Below, in pieces: positions 27,354 to 39,700 of a stretch of 64,000 nt of DNA. The notes under the pieces were generated by a model. It saw only the letters and a list, made by a program, of their open reading frames with translations. It was not told the origin of the DNA and did not search any database. A program made the position numbers and the translations under genes. The stretch's first letter is position 1. Each line of letters opens with the position of its first letter. Source of the stretch: Antedon mediterranea. Lineage: Eukaryota; Animalia; Echinodermata. The stretch covers positions 22,586,871-22,650,870 of the forward strand of contig NC_092676.1 of assembly GCF_964355755.1 (NCBI RefSeq), given 5' to 3'.

Positions 27354-28116
27354 TTAAGAAGAGTGACATTGACAGATACAAATTATAGTACAGTAGGCCT
27401 AATGACAAGGAAATAAATTAAAAATACATAAACCATCTGCGAAAACTTTTGAGGAAATAGACAGTGGAGATGCAAATTCTTGAATCTTTACAATCCCCTT
27501 AACAATAGGAAGATTATTGTATTTTTCTAAAACAATCAATAAGTGTTGTCTTAGAAAATACAATAGATCTTCCTTTTGTTTAAGCAAAGATTAAAAGAGG
27601 AAGTTGAGATTTGCTTAAATAACATTATTTTTCTTTCAATTTATATTCAATAGAATAAACAATTTAGCAAATAAAACTACGGTACTTGAATAAAATTAGT
27701 AATAGGGCCTAGGCTAGTAGCATGAAAATCACTTGGCAAAGCAATATTAATAATACATATTATTAAAAATAATGATATAGGCTTAGGCCTATATTATAAT
27801 TAATTAACAATAGATACCCCGACCCCCTCCCATCCCTTGTTGGTGGCATCCCCTTTTGGGGGTTGAAGTGTGTCATGTTACGAGTCTGAGAGTAGAAATA
27901 GATTAATCCATTTGAAATATCTATTACCTATACCAGTCTCCAAAATGTTGGCCAAACTTTAACTTTATATATAGACTTGATAGATTACAGATAAAAAAAA
28001 AAGAAAAAGTATGCTATGCCACACTTCCAGCTAGAGGAGGCCTAGGCTAGGCCAACTCTACTTGGCGAGCTGACTGGGCTCCTCAGCTGGCACACACAGT
28101 TGGTTAAATAGCTCAC

Positions 28117-28630
28117 AATTTCGGAGTTTAAAGCCTTAACTTTATAATATTTCCATAGCAAATATTACACATCTGATTCATTTACAACCTCCATTTACCG
28201 AACTATTTAAACAAGATTATATATGATGCAAGAATACCACTAAACCAAACCAGGAAGTGCTAAAAAGTCGTCGTCTCTCACACCGTGAGCCAGCCTGTGA
28301 AAAGAGACGATGCCATATTTGATAATGCGATCGTCTGCCTACACTGCACGATCGAGTGAAGTACTTTACTTGCCTCATTTCATTTACAAATTATCGTGAA
28401 CAAATAACAACCAAATGTACCATTTTAACATATCTCAGTATTGCTGTATATCAAAACAGCAATTGATTATACATACCAAATAACTTACTAGGCTAAAATC
28501 ATGCAAGTATTAATATTATTCCCGTAAAAACACAGCAGGCCTGGCGCAGGATCACTCTCTATCTCTAATTATCGCTTGCTTACCACCAATCCTGATATTG
28601 AAGGGCTTCTTTGATTGGCCAATCGAAACT
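28117..28630 (-). promoter_or_regulatory. Putative promoter and non-coding first exon of p190 RhoGAP (exon ~28330-28117)
   Basis: Relatively CpG-rich patch with a minus-strand donor AATT|GTGAGC at 28116, ETS-like CAGGAAGT (~28251), YY1-like AAATATGGC on - (~28312-28320), CCAAT boxes (~28586, ~28613-28623), and a TAGGCCTAG tract just 3' on the - strand (~28040). The acceptor of the first coding exon is at 21283/21282. Inferred; no transcript data. Confidence 0.45.
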
Positions 28631-30701
28631 GTTCGTACACACAACTCGATCTAATCGCATTGGAAATATCTATAATATTTTATCAAATGCGTTACGTAAA
28701 TTAATCAAAACCTTGACAAACACGTACATCAATTATTCAAAATTGACGTTCATGTACTGTTTATGTATTTAACCTTGAAACTCCACATAAAATAAGTATT
28801 ATATTTATCCAACTTCGAAGTTCCCTAAATAACTATTCTGCCCAATCACAATTAACTTTACATACGAACGAAATACGCCCTCATTTGCTGGAATGAACTT
28901 TGCAATTGTTCGATTGACATACACGCACACAGTAGTACTAACTTTTTGTTATAATTGTGCAGGACCTCCATCCAACAAAAAATAAGTTCTTTCCGATGAT
29001 GAGATTGACCAGAAGATTATAGAGAAAAGATTTCACCAATATTTCTTTGACCAGACGTAGGAATATAAGAAATTGAAAAAGAATTGTTTTATCGTTCAAT
29101 CGTAATCGTACGATTCCAACGTTATCCCAGAATTGAACTCCTCGAAGTTATATTACAATATAATAATCATAACGTTTGCAATGTGTGGAACGTCGAAAAG
29201 TTAGTCTAATAATTAGCCACCTCTATTTTTAATTGAAACATAATAAATCAACATTTTAAAAATAGTACTTCTTCTATAAAGGCCCACTATTATCTTTTTA
29301 TTGAGAGGAAAAATCATCCTGTCTAGTAATATGGGATTTTTTATTTAGCACAATTGATTTTAATCATATTTTCGATTGTGTGTGTGTGTCGCAATCTGAG
29401 GCCTGGGACAAACGCACACTAGTTCCCACTTGAATTCAATTCCCCATGGATTAATCCACTTCCCTCAGATCCACCACCAAGTCATACGAAGGAGAAGCTT
29501 CGATTCTCGGCAATTATTATTATAGACCTACTGCTTTCTCACTCGTATTCAATTAAAACTCCTAAATCCTTGTCTAAACAATGAAATGGATTAACTTGTG
29601 TCGCATCATGTAGTGTTGTATTGCTTGATTAGACACATCGATTTTAAGCATTGAATTGAGTCACACCGCATCTCTTCATAGAAACTTGATGTATGGTTTC
29701 ATGTATAATACTCAGTCTCTACGTTTGTAAAAACAGTAGCCTATAGTACTTATTTTTATTATGATGTTGATTGTTGTCCTCAGAGTATCCATGGAAATCG
29801 AACTTGTGTACGGTGTACCTGGGTTTTAATAAATAAAATAATAATAAAAATAATTTTTTATAATTAATTAAAATATTCTGGATGTAAAGCGCCTGCTGTG
29901 AACATTATAAACTCCGGTCAATTTTTGATCAAACAGGGAATGGGGAGGGGCTATTTTTTTTCTCTCACTTAAATTAAATAATTATGTATATTTCATTTAT
30001 CTGAAGGACAAAACTTAAAGCTGTATTGTGTGAAACTGAAAACTTGAAGAACACAGAACCTTTATATCTTAATTAACTTTCTTTATTTACTCAATTACAA
30101 GAAGTGTGCCCAATACTAGGCCGAATATAAAAGAGGTTTCCATTGATATTTATTTTTGTATTTTTTTTGGTATTTTTCCTGTCTAGGCCTCTCATTCATT
30201 TTGTCCGATCCGGCATAAGCAGTAAAGTACGGAGATTCATAATTTATTGCATGGCCTACTCCGCTTCGAATAAATGCCCCTGAACGGAGATGTGCCTCCC
30301 TGCTTCAAATAATTCTGAATAAAAGAGCTTACACCATCAAATAAACGCCCGGATGTGTTAGGTCTATTTCTCGAATAAACTCTTCGCTGGTTAATTGTGT
30401 TCACTGTTATTACTTATTAGGTGCACCAATATTTTTACAATTTTTGGGGGCGTGGACGGGGGTGGGGGAGGGTCGGGATGAGTTATTTGATAATAAATTT
30501 AATAAAATGTTGCTATATTACAAAATTTTTTTCTCGAATAAATACGGTACTGTACTCTGTTTAAATGCGGCAAACTATTTTTTAGAGCATGCTACTAAGT
30601 ATTATTTTTAGATTTTCTCACGCGTACGTAATTCGTCGAAAGTAAAAAATATACACCACCAGGTTGGTGGCGCTGCAACACATGTCAACAAAAAAAGAAG
30701 C

Positions 30702-33700
30702 ATGGCGGCTGCTCAAACTGTGACCGTATCATCTACTACAAACAAAAAAGATGGCATTCCAATACCTGGTTCAGAAGGAAGCGATCAACTTATTGTTCGA
30801 CCATTGTAAGTATATCCTGCAAGTAGCACAATAATCTGTTTTAATTTTATTGTTCTACTAAATGAAATATTTTTTCTAGGCAATGCATGGCATATACAGC
30901 CTAGCTAAGGCCAGGCCCTAGGCCTAGTCTATAGATAGGCCTAGCTAGTAGGCTAGGGTAGGTAGGCTAGTCGATCTAGCTAAGGTCTAGCTAGCTCGGC
31001 TACTACTCTAGCCTAGACGGGATAGCTTCTACTAGGCCTAGCTGTAGATCGCGTTGGGACAATTGATCCTTGGTCCTGCCTGCTCGGATGTTCTTGTAAG
31101 GGCAGTTGCTGTGCATGCTGGGGAAGCCGATCAATCCGGCCGCGCTTCACTCCGGCCGCCGTATCAGTTTAGCGCGATGTTATGCACTCCGGCAGCTATT
31201 CAATTCGACTTCCTGTGCAAAGTGGCCGTTATTATGGAGCGCCCAGCCATATCTACGTTTTCTATACAGTTCAGTGTTATAACAAATTCTTGGTGACCAA
31301 AAGAATTAAAAGAAAAAATAATTTAAATGGAACTAGTGAATATTTATTAGCAACAATTTTACTTTTTTCATTAACATTCAAAGAAGTTGGAACTGCTTTT
31401 TCTTTCAAACTAAACTTAACTTTTTCCTTTCAAATAATCAAATACCCGGCGTCTAATTAATGCTTGATTAACAATATTTAATTTCTTTCTATGTACATTT
31501 TATAGCTTTACATTAACATTCAAAATTAGTTAAAAACCTTATTTTTTATAACACTTTATCTTGCCAGTACCCATACTTATACTAATTATAGTTAATAACA
31601 ATATGTAAAATATTAATTAATTTATTTTAAATAATCAAATATCCGTCTAATTAATGTTTATTTTGATTCTCTACAAAAAACGTGTCTCGGTTGTAAAAGA
31701 CTCATTGGGCGTTCCATAGCTGCGGCCGGAATGAATCGCGGCCGGATTTAAGCGTGGCCGGAGTGATCTGTATTCCATGCTGGTACGGTCGGTAACGGTC
31801 TCCTTTTTGCTTTTTAGGAGCCTAACTATTTTTAAATAAATATAAAAAAAAGTAATTATTAAAGAATATGAATTTTTTAAACTTTAATTAAAAAGGCAGT
31901 CGACTGTCCACTGTTTACGATTGGTCATGCACAGTAATACTTGGTTAATTAGCAATATTAAGTTTGGTCCTTTAACACAATCGATCACAACACGAGTGTA
32001 GCATTTTGGTCTTGACCATAGAAGAGAGAGTTCCAATCTTTCAAACTTACAGATCATTGCTGTTGCATTTCAAAACGGTTTCTTTAAAAAAAATCAGTTT
32101 TCAAAATTGGTAATTTTTCAACTTAATTCCTGCATGATTGAATTGAATATCTGAGAGGAGCTGGCTTTTATGAAAATTTTGTGTACATTTTCAGGGGTGC
32201 TGGACAAGAAGTTGGACGGTCATGCATAATGATACATTTTAAAGGCAAAACATTAATGGTACAGTAGCTCTAAATTATTTGTCATTTGTTATTATCAAAA
32301 TTACTGATTTATACACTGCTAATAAATTTGTTCAAAAGATGTAATTTCCCCCAAAAACATGAAAAATATAGCTATGAATAACATCAAACTTAGAAGAAAC
32401 CATGCTATACTGTAGTTTTGATGAAATTATCCACTATCCATTATCGGCCAAAAAATTATTTCAAATAAATTAAAATGAATAATGATTTCCTTTAAAAAGA
32501 CAAACAATAGGACTATTTTATCAGTTTTGAAGGTAAATCTTTCCTGTTTTGGTTAAAGTGAATAATTACTATGTGAATTTACAATGAAATTTCAATAAAA
32601 AACACTTTTCATTAAAAAAATATATTTGTAAATATAAATTTGTCTTTTCAGCTTGATTGTGGAATACATCCTGGTAAAGATGGCTTGGATTCTCTTCCAT
32701 TCTTTGACATGGTTGAGCCAGATTCAATAGATCTCCTGCTTGTTAGTCAGTAAGTACAGCCATATTGTAACACCATGGTCAACCCTATTAAAAGGACTCT
32801 TTGTTAGGTTTTGATGGTACCCCCTTAACAGAAGTTCTGTTGTATTTACAATTATTCAAGTAAATTCAAACATTTTTTTTCCAGCTTTCATCTTGACCAT
32901 TCTGGTGCTCTGCCATACTTTCTGAAAAGGACAAACTTCCGAGGCAGAGTTTTTATGACACATGCAACAAAAGCTATCTATCGATGGCTTCTGTCAGATT
33001 ATGTGAAAGTTAGGTAAGCGGATTTATTATTGCACACAGACAAATAAAATTGGTTGATTTGTGCTTTACTATGTACTGTCAAAGAATATTTATCCCGGAA
33101 GCAACTTCATATTAGGTGATGTGACGCAGTGTGATTGACGCTGGACTACTGATCGTGAAATCGCGGGTTCAAATCCTACTTTGCATTGCTTGTTTCCTTG
33201 AGAAAGACACTTTACACACATTTGCCTCTCTTCACACAGGTTTACAAATCATTACCGTTAGGCACCTTATAAATCCAGGATATTATTATTATTATTAGCT
33301 CTTCCAATATTCTCAGAATGAGTCCTAGCAGTTATTGTCAGAAGATATTGAGTTGAAGCTGTCATATAATAATAATCTTGAGAATTATTATTACTTTTTT
33401 TATTATTTTAAATTCTTTTTTTTTTTAGTAATATTTCAGCCGACAAAATGTTATATTCAGATGCTGACCTTCAGAACAGCATGGACCGTATCGAAACGGT
33501 AAATTTTCATCAGGAGACTGACGTGAACGGAATTAAATTCTCGTGCTACAATGCTGGTCACGTCCTCGGTGCGTGTATGTTTATGATTGAGATAGCTGGT
33601 GTGAAGGTAAGGAATAAAAAGTAAATTAAATCTTTTAAAAAGCAATTGGGTTATTTCGAATTGATGACTTTTCATAAAGGTATTAGACAGATGACTAGAG

Positions 33701-36700
33701 ACTGAACTAGGAGACAGTGAAGTAAAAAAGCTTCAAAGACAACATATTGAATTACAAAGAACTAAAAAGGTGTGTTTTTAAAAGTTTTTTCAAAACTTAA
33801 ATAGAAGGTGACTCTAAGGAATTGGGAAGATTGTTCCACAATTAGAATTTGAATATTCAAAAGTCTACAAGTCATAATTTAATGTGAATTTTCTTTGATG
33901 ATCTTTTTAGATTTTATATACAGGAGATTTCTCAAGACAGGAAGACAGACATTTGATGGCAGCTGAGATACCTCCAGTTAGACCAGATGTCTTGATCACG
34001 GTAAGTATGTATACACAGAGCCTAGCGAAGACAATACATAAATCAAATCATAAAAATGGCACTAGTTTAAGTCTCTCCTTGATAATTGTTCTTAATATTA
34101 ATGCAAATTTACATAGCACACATATCCACTGAATTTTCTCAAGGCGCTGACCACAACATACTGTAGCCAAGTCAGTTTGCAATTTCTTTTATTCATTAAT
34201 ACCATATATATTCTTAGATATAAGCCCACCCCGGGTCTAATCCCACCGTCTACTTTATGTCTGACTTCACAAACAGGCTTATCCCTGGGTATAGTCCCAG
34301 TATTGACTTTTTGTCTGGATGTAGACCTCTTTCTAGACAGTTTATATGAGTTTTTACAAGAAATGCTTACCATGTTTTTTTTTTCCCCCTGGTATAATCA
34401 AAACCCCCCTCCCTAATTTTGTGTTCTAGGTGGGTGAGATTATACCAGAGGATAGATGTTAATTCTTTTTCTTTTATTCCTTATTTTAGGAGTCTACATA
34501 TGGTACACACATTCATGAAAAACGTGAAGACCGTGAGGCAAGATTTACGAGTACAGTACACGATATTGTCAACAGAGGAGGGCGATGTTTAATCCCAGTA
34601 TTCGCATTAGGAAGAGCTCAAGAACTTCTATTAATTTTAGGTAATTTTTATAAAATTTATGTTACTATTCTATTTGATTTTATGTTTCCATGCTCTTCTA
34701 AAGATTTTAATAAATAATAATTCGAAACTCCTCTCTTCTTCAGCAAATTTAACCTCTTTATCTGTATCTCTACCTCTTTCAACCATTCCATTGAGATATA
34801 TGCCCACCATCTCTTCCTTTTCTCTGCTCTGTTGCACTGCAGTTAGTGAGGGCATGTGGCGCAGTGTGTTGGATTTTGGACTACCGTGAGATCATGGGTT
34901 TGAATCCAACTCTCGCCAGGGATGATGAAAATTTCTTTATCCCTTCCATCTAATTTTGATGACCCATTCAGATTTCTTTATACAGTACAACAATTTCTGT
35001 TATGATTTATTTTATCGATTTTTTTGTACTTTCTTCATTGTTTTAGATGAATATTGGAGTAACCATCCTGAACTTCATGATATTCCTATCTACTATGCAT
35101 CCTCTCTAGCAAAGAAATGTATGTCAGTATACCAGACATACATTAATGCTATGAATGACAAAATAAGAAGACAGGTAAAGACTTGTTTCCATTAGGCTAG
35201 CCCAGCTACACTTACTACCTATCCTTCCTGGAGAATGTGGTTATACCATAACATGCATTACTTTTCATTCTGATATTTTTAAACTACTTTTAATTTACTT
35301 TTTAAAAAAAAAATGGAATTCTCTGACTTTATTAATGAGGAACAGATCAAAGAGAGTTTAAAATTGTAGTTTGGTTGCTTCTATAGTCTTGCCAGCAGGT
35401 TGTGTATTCAATATTAATAGCCCAGAGCCAGTATTAAATATAATGTTGGAAGGCAACAATGTGAGAGTTGATTTTAAATTTGAACAAAGAATTGTTATGT
35501 TTTCTATTATATTGTTGCACTATTTCAGATTGCCATTAGCAACCCGTTTGTGTTCAAGCACATCTCCAACCTACGTGGAATGGAACACTTTGAAGACATT
35601 GGACCTTCAGTAGTTATGGCAAGTCCTGGCATGATGCAGAGCGGTCTATCAAGGGAGCTCTTTGAGGGTTGGTGCACAGAAAAGAGGAACGGAGTGATCA
35701 TTGCTGGATACTGTGTAGAAGGAACTCTAGCAAAGGTTAGTTATTCATAGAGGAGTTGGTGTTTTGAAGATTTGAACCAAGAAATTTGGTTAGAAGAACA
35801 AGTTATTCACCTAGACTATTCAACTGTTACCACCTCCATCAAAAAATGTTACCACTAAAATTATAAAACAATAAAATGTATAAATCCCAACCTCAAACAT
35901 AAGTTCCTTAAATATTTACTGGTGTAAAATTCTTTCTGCTCTTCTTTCTAGACAATCATGTCCTCTCCAGAAGAAGTCACCACGATGGCAGGCCAGAAGG
36001 TGCCGTTAAACATGCAGGTTGATTACATCTCTTTCTCTGCTCATGCTGATTATGAGCAGGTCAGCGAGTTCATCCGCGAATTGTACCCTCCTCATGTGGT
36101 AAGAAATTAAATCTTGACATGAAAGAACACTTGATGTGTGCAATTAATTTATTTTTGATTTTTTTAAAAAATTTGATTTGTTTAATGTAATTCCTGTAGA
36201 TCCTGGTTCATGGAGAGGCAAATGAAATGAAGCGTTTAAAATCTGCCATAGTACGTGAATATGAAGACAGTACTGAATATCACATACAAGTACACAACCC
36301 AAAGACAACACAGGCTGTAGAGCTACACTTCAGAGGTGAAAAGATTGCCAAGGTATAAATAATAATACATGAAAATAAATTAATGTTAATTTGGTGCAAG
36401 TTACCATTCTATATCCAGTGGAGTCTCCAAATACTGACCACCCTTGAGACGATTGACTTTGTTTTGGTTTACATAAAACATTCCCAGGCCTACATTAACT
36501 TGTTGGGCCTACTTAACTTACTTAACTTAACAAGTTATTTGCATAAAGACATATACAATATGAAATAGTCTGTACCGTTACTATTAGATGCCAGAAGAAT
36601 ATTAATAATACTGTTCCTATACTTTTATCTATGTTTTTATATTTCATATTTTCTCTGGATCAAAATTTAACCTGTTTATGGACCCCATTGGAAATAAATA

Positions 36701-39264
36701 TGGACCCCATTGGAAATAAATTGACTTGTCGATTTTATGAGTCATCCTTGCATCCATTCACTTTGTTTTTATTCAATTTGAATATTCCAAATTGTTGTAT
36801 TATTTCTTTGTTTTGTATTTTAAATGTATTGTTGAATTCAATTCAATTCAACTTTTAATTCAGACAATTGTCCATATGGTATAATACATGAATGGATGCT
36901 AAATTAATAAATAAAAAATAAATAAATAAATGATCCTGTAAAGCTACGTTCTCTCTAACTTTTATTTTTCTATTGGTCATTCTGTCTGTAAACCAGTTAA
37001 TTTTGTACAAATGTTTGCAATGTCTTTGTTATTTAGGTTATGGGAAGCTTGGCCAAAGAGAAGAGCAGCGAGGGTGGACAATTATCGGGAATTCTATTAA
37101 AGCGAAATTTCAACTATCATATCATAGCGCCATCAGACTTATCAGGTAATTATTTCAACAACTTAAACTGTTCAAAAAATAAAATAAGTCGGAAAATTAA
37201 GGGACACAGAAATATTTCATCAGTAATTCACGAAAATAGTATATCAATGAAAATATATTCTAACAATAGTTAGAAATTACGATGGTTCACTGCTGTTTAA
37301 TCATGCACGATATGTCATCAAACTATTTAATATGGTGATTGAATTCAAAGTATGTGAGTTTTGTTTTCAAAAGTTATGTAGTTTCACTTCCTTGTTAAAC
37401 AAAGGAATTTTTGGAATGTAGGTTAGCAAAAGTACAATGCAAAATCCCAAAAAAGTGAATGATAATAATGATTATTAATACTTGGTAAAGTGCATTATGT
37501 TTCATCCTCTCAAATAAACAGCACAAGCTGAATGGGATAAGTGACAAGAATTTAAAACCATTTTGTCATTGTCAATTTAAAAAATAGAATAGTAAAAATA
37601 CACAATTGAGAGATTGCACTTGATGATGAAATGAATATGTTAAGAAATAAATATGTTAAGAAATGAATATGTTAAGAAATAAATATGTTAAGAAATGAAT
37701 ATTTTAAGAAATGAATGTGTTAAGAAATGAATGTGTTATGAAATATTATTACAAAATGAATATATTTTAGTAATAAAAAAAAGACTTGAAACAATTCTCA
37801 TTAAGAAGTTTTGGCAAGGAAGAGAATAGCACTCTTAGCATACATGAAATAAATTTAAATATTGATGTACTGTACTGTATAGTGTTACCATGTTCAAATT
37901 AAAAAGTAACATTTGTAAAAACTATTTTTTAATTGGCATTAAATTTTGTCTCTTAAAATCAACAGATTATACCGATCTGGCTGTAAGCACAGTAACACAA
38001 CGTCAGAGCATTTCTTACAATGCCCCTCTGTCAGTGCTGACGCATTACCTCGCGCAGCTGTCAGGTGACTTGCAGTACATTGATGCCATCGATAAGCCTG
38101 GACTTAGGATATTTGGTGCTATTAAGATTATCCATGAACCAGCTCATAAAATGGTCACACTAGAGGTATGTCTGGCTGAATTATTTAAGTTAAGGCAGAA
38201 ATGAATAGTGCATGAGCCAAATTATGTTCTAATTATGAAGAAGGTAACTGACCTATTTCTTAAATATAACTGAACTTTACCCTCTAAATACATGGTTGAA
38301 GTTTATGGCCATCGAACCCAGGGCACAAGTTTCTTAGACTAAAGCCTATAACTCTCAGGTAAACATTTAGCTTAGTGAAACATGTTGACACGATAAATAG
38401 GAGAAAAATATTGCTGTCTGGCTAAATATGTAGTAACGTTTGCTCCAGTAATATACTGCAATAACTGTATTGAGTCATGCGTTTAATTTATAAATATAAA
38501 ATTGTCATTTCAGTGGAAAGCAAATGCGATAAATGATATGTACGCCGATGCGGTCATGAGTGTTATTGTGCGTGTGGCAGGAGACATCAGAGAAAGGAAA
38601 GGTTTGTGGAAACTTGTTCTCTTTACTATACCAGATTTCAGATAATGTTGTATCATCTGTTTGAAATGCTAACATACATTATAGTTATTGTAGAATCGTT
38701 CAAAATTATTGTTTATTTTCTACAGGTTATATGGTTCCCTTAAAGCAGCAGACCGGAATCAACCCTGAACGTGTCTTGCGACTGTTGCGTGATATGTTTG
38801 GTCATCAGTGTGTTAATGAAGATCCTAAAGAGATAACGATTGACATCGAGGGAAGAATAGCAACAATTGATATGAATACTCTAGTATGTGATTTTTTCAA
38901 TTAAATCATTATGGTATAATGTATTTCAACCTACCTTTCAATCAGCCTAGGTCTTGCAACCCTGCAACCTATGCAGGCCTAGCTATCTTCATATGACAAT
39001 GCAGGCCTGTCTAGCTTATTTCAACCCTGTCAGCTACACATGCAGGCTTGTATATCTTCATCCGACAATGCAACCTACACATGCAGACCTAGATATCTTT
39101 CTTGAAAGTACATGCTGTAGAACCTTGTTGGTCTATACCTTACTAATATAACGTATTGTTTGTTTTCTTTATAGGATATAAAATCAGATGATAAGAGCCT
39201 TCATAAGATGGTGACAACAGCAGTGCAGCGACTAGCAGACGCCCTGGAACCCATACGTAACTAA
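30702..39264 (+). CDS. CPSF3: Cleavage and polyadenylation specificity factor subunit 3 (CPSF73; metallo-beta-lactamase/beta-CASP endonuclease), 16 exons, ~697 aa
   Basis: Exons: 30702-30805, 32195-32258, 32652-32749, 32885-33013, 33429-33606, 33911-34000, 34490-34640, 35047-35174, 35529-35735, 35952-36098, 36200-36352, 37037-37145, 37966-38165, 38514-38601, 38726-38883, 39175-39264 (sum 2094 nt, open frame, all GT-AG). Motifs: [95 protein letters not shown]. Confidence 0.97.
31122..31776. mobile_element. Non-autonomous TIR element (Mutator/Merlin-like) in CPSF3 intron 1
   Basis: GC-rich imperfect TIRs built from TCCGGCC(G/A)C repeats, GG..CC termini, and a flanking direct repeat (C)ATGCTGG (7-8 bp). 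Confidence 0.65.
32336..32625. mobile_element. Degraded Kolobok-like copy in CPSF3 intron 2
   Basis: AAGATGTAATTTCCCCCAAAAACATGAAAA matches the ends of the 23336-25935 element; inverted subterminal AAAGTGAATAAT at ~32555. Right end approximate. Confidence 0.5.
33115..33297 (+). mobile_element. tRNA-derived SINE with CORE-like body and (TAT)n tail
   Basis: A-box-like TGACGCAGTG, B-box GGTTCAAATCC, body TTTCCTTGAGAAAGACACTTTAC, TTA-repeat tail. Confidence 0.65.
34847..34950 (+). mobile_element. tRNA-derived SINE head
   Basis: TGGCGCAGTG A-box and GGTTTGAATCC B-box, degenerate. Confidence 0.5.
37630..37745. repeat. 16-bp minisatellite, ~7 copies
   Basis: Unit AAGAAATGAATATGTT with variants. 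Confidence 0.85.
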
Positions 39265-39599
39265 ACATGTGAAAGGTTGGTTAAGTCGTATAGTTTAGAG
39301 AGGTTTAACATGAGCAGTAAGACAATCCAGAAGATTGTATGCTTCTAACAACACATACTATAGCCTTTCCTCATGTTTAGTGTAGTTTGAAGTTTATGAC
39401 TGTAGTCCGCTAAGGGTTCGACATTAGAGTGGCGTTCCACAATGCTGTAACATTCAAATAAGGAGACTGTATTTAGATATTGATGTAAATACTACAAAGT
39501 ACACTAGCTTTGCATCAGGGAACTCGGTTTTAAAATTGTTTAAAATGGTTTTGCCCTACTTTGATGTAATTGTACTGAATGCTCAATACATTTCAAACA

Positions 39600-39700
39600 C
39601 TTGCGAACAGATTCGGAAGTGATCCCCGGGTTGGACTGAAACCCTGTAACTTCCAGATAACTAGCCTGGCATTCATACCTCCAGGCCACAAGGCTACACT
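39600..39700 (-). mobile_element. Degenerate tRNA-derived SINE head downstream of the CPSF3 stop
   Basis: Minus strand reads TGGCCTGGAGG (A-box-like) ... GGGTTTCAGTCC (B-box-like). Confidence 0.4.
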
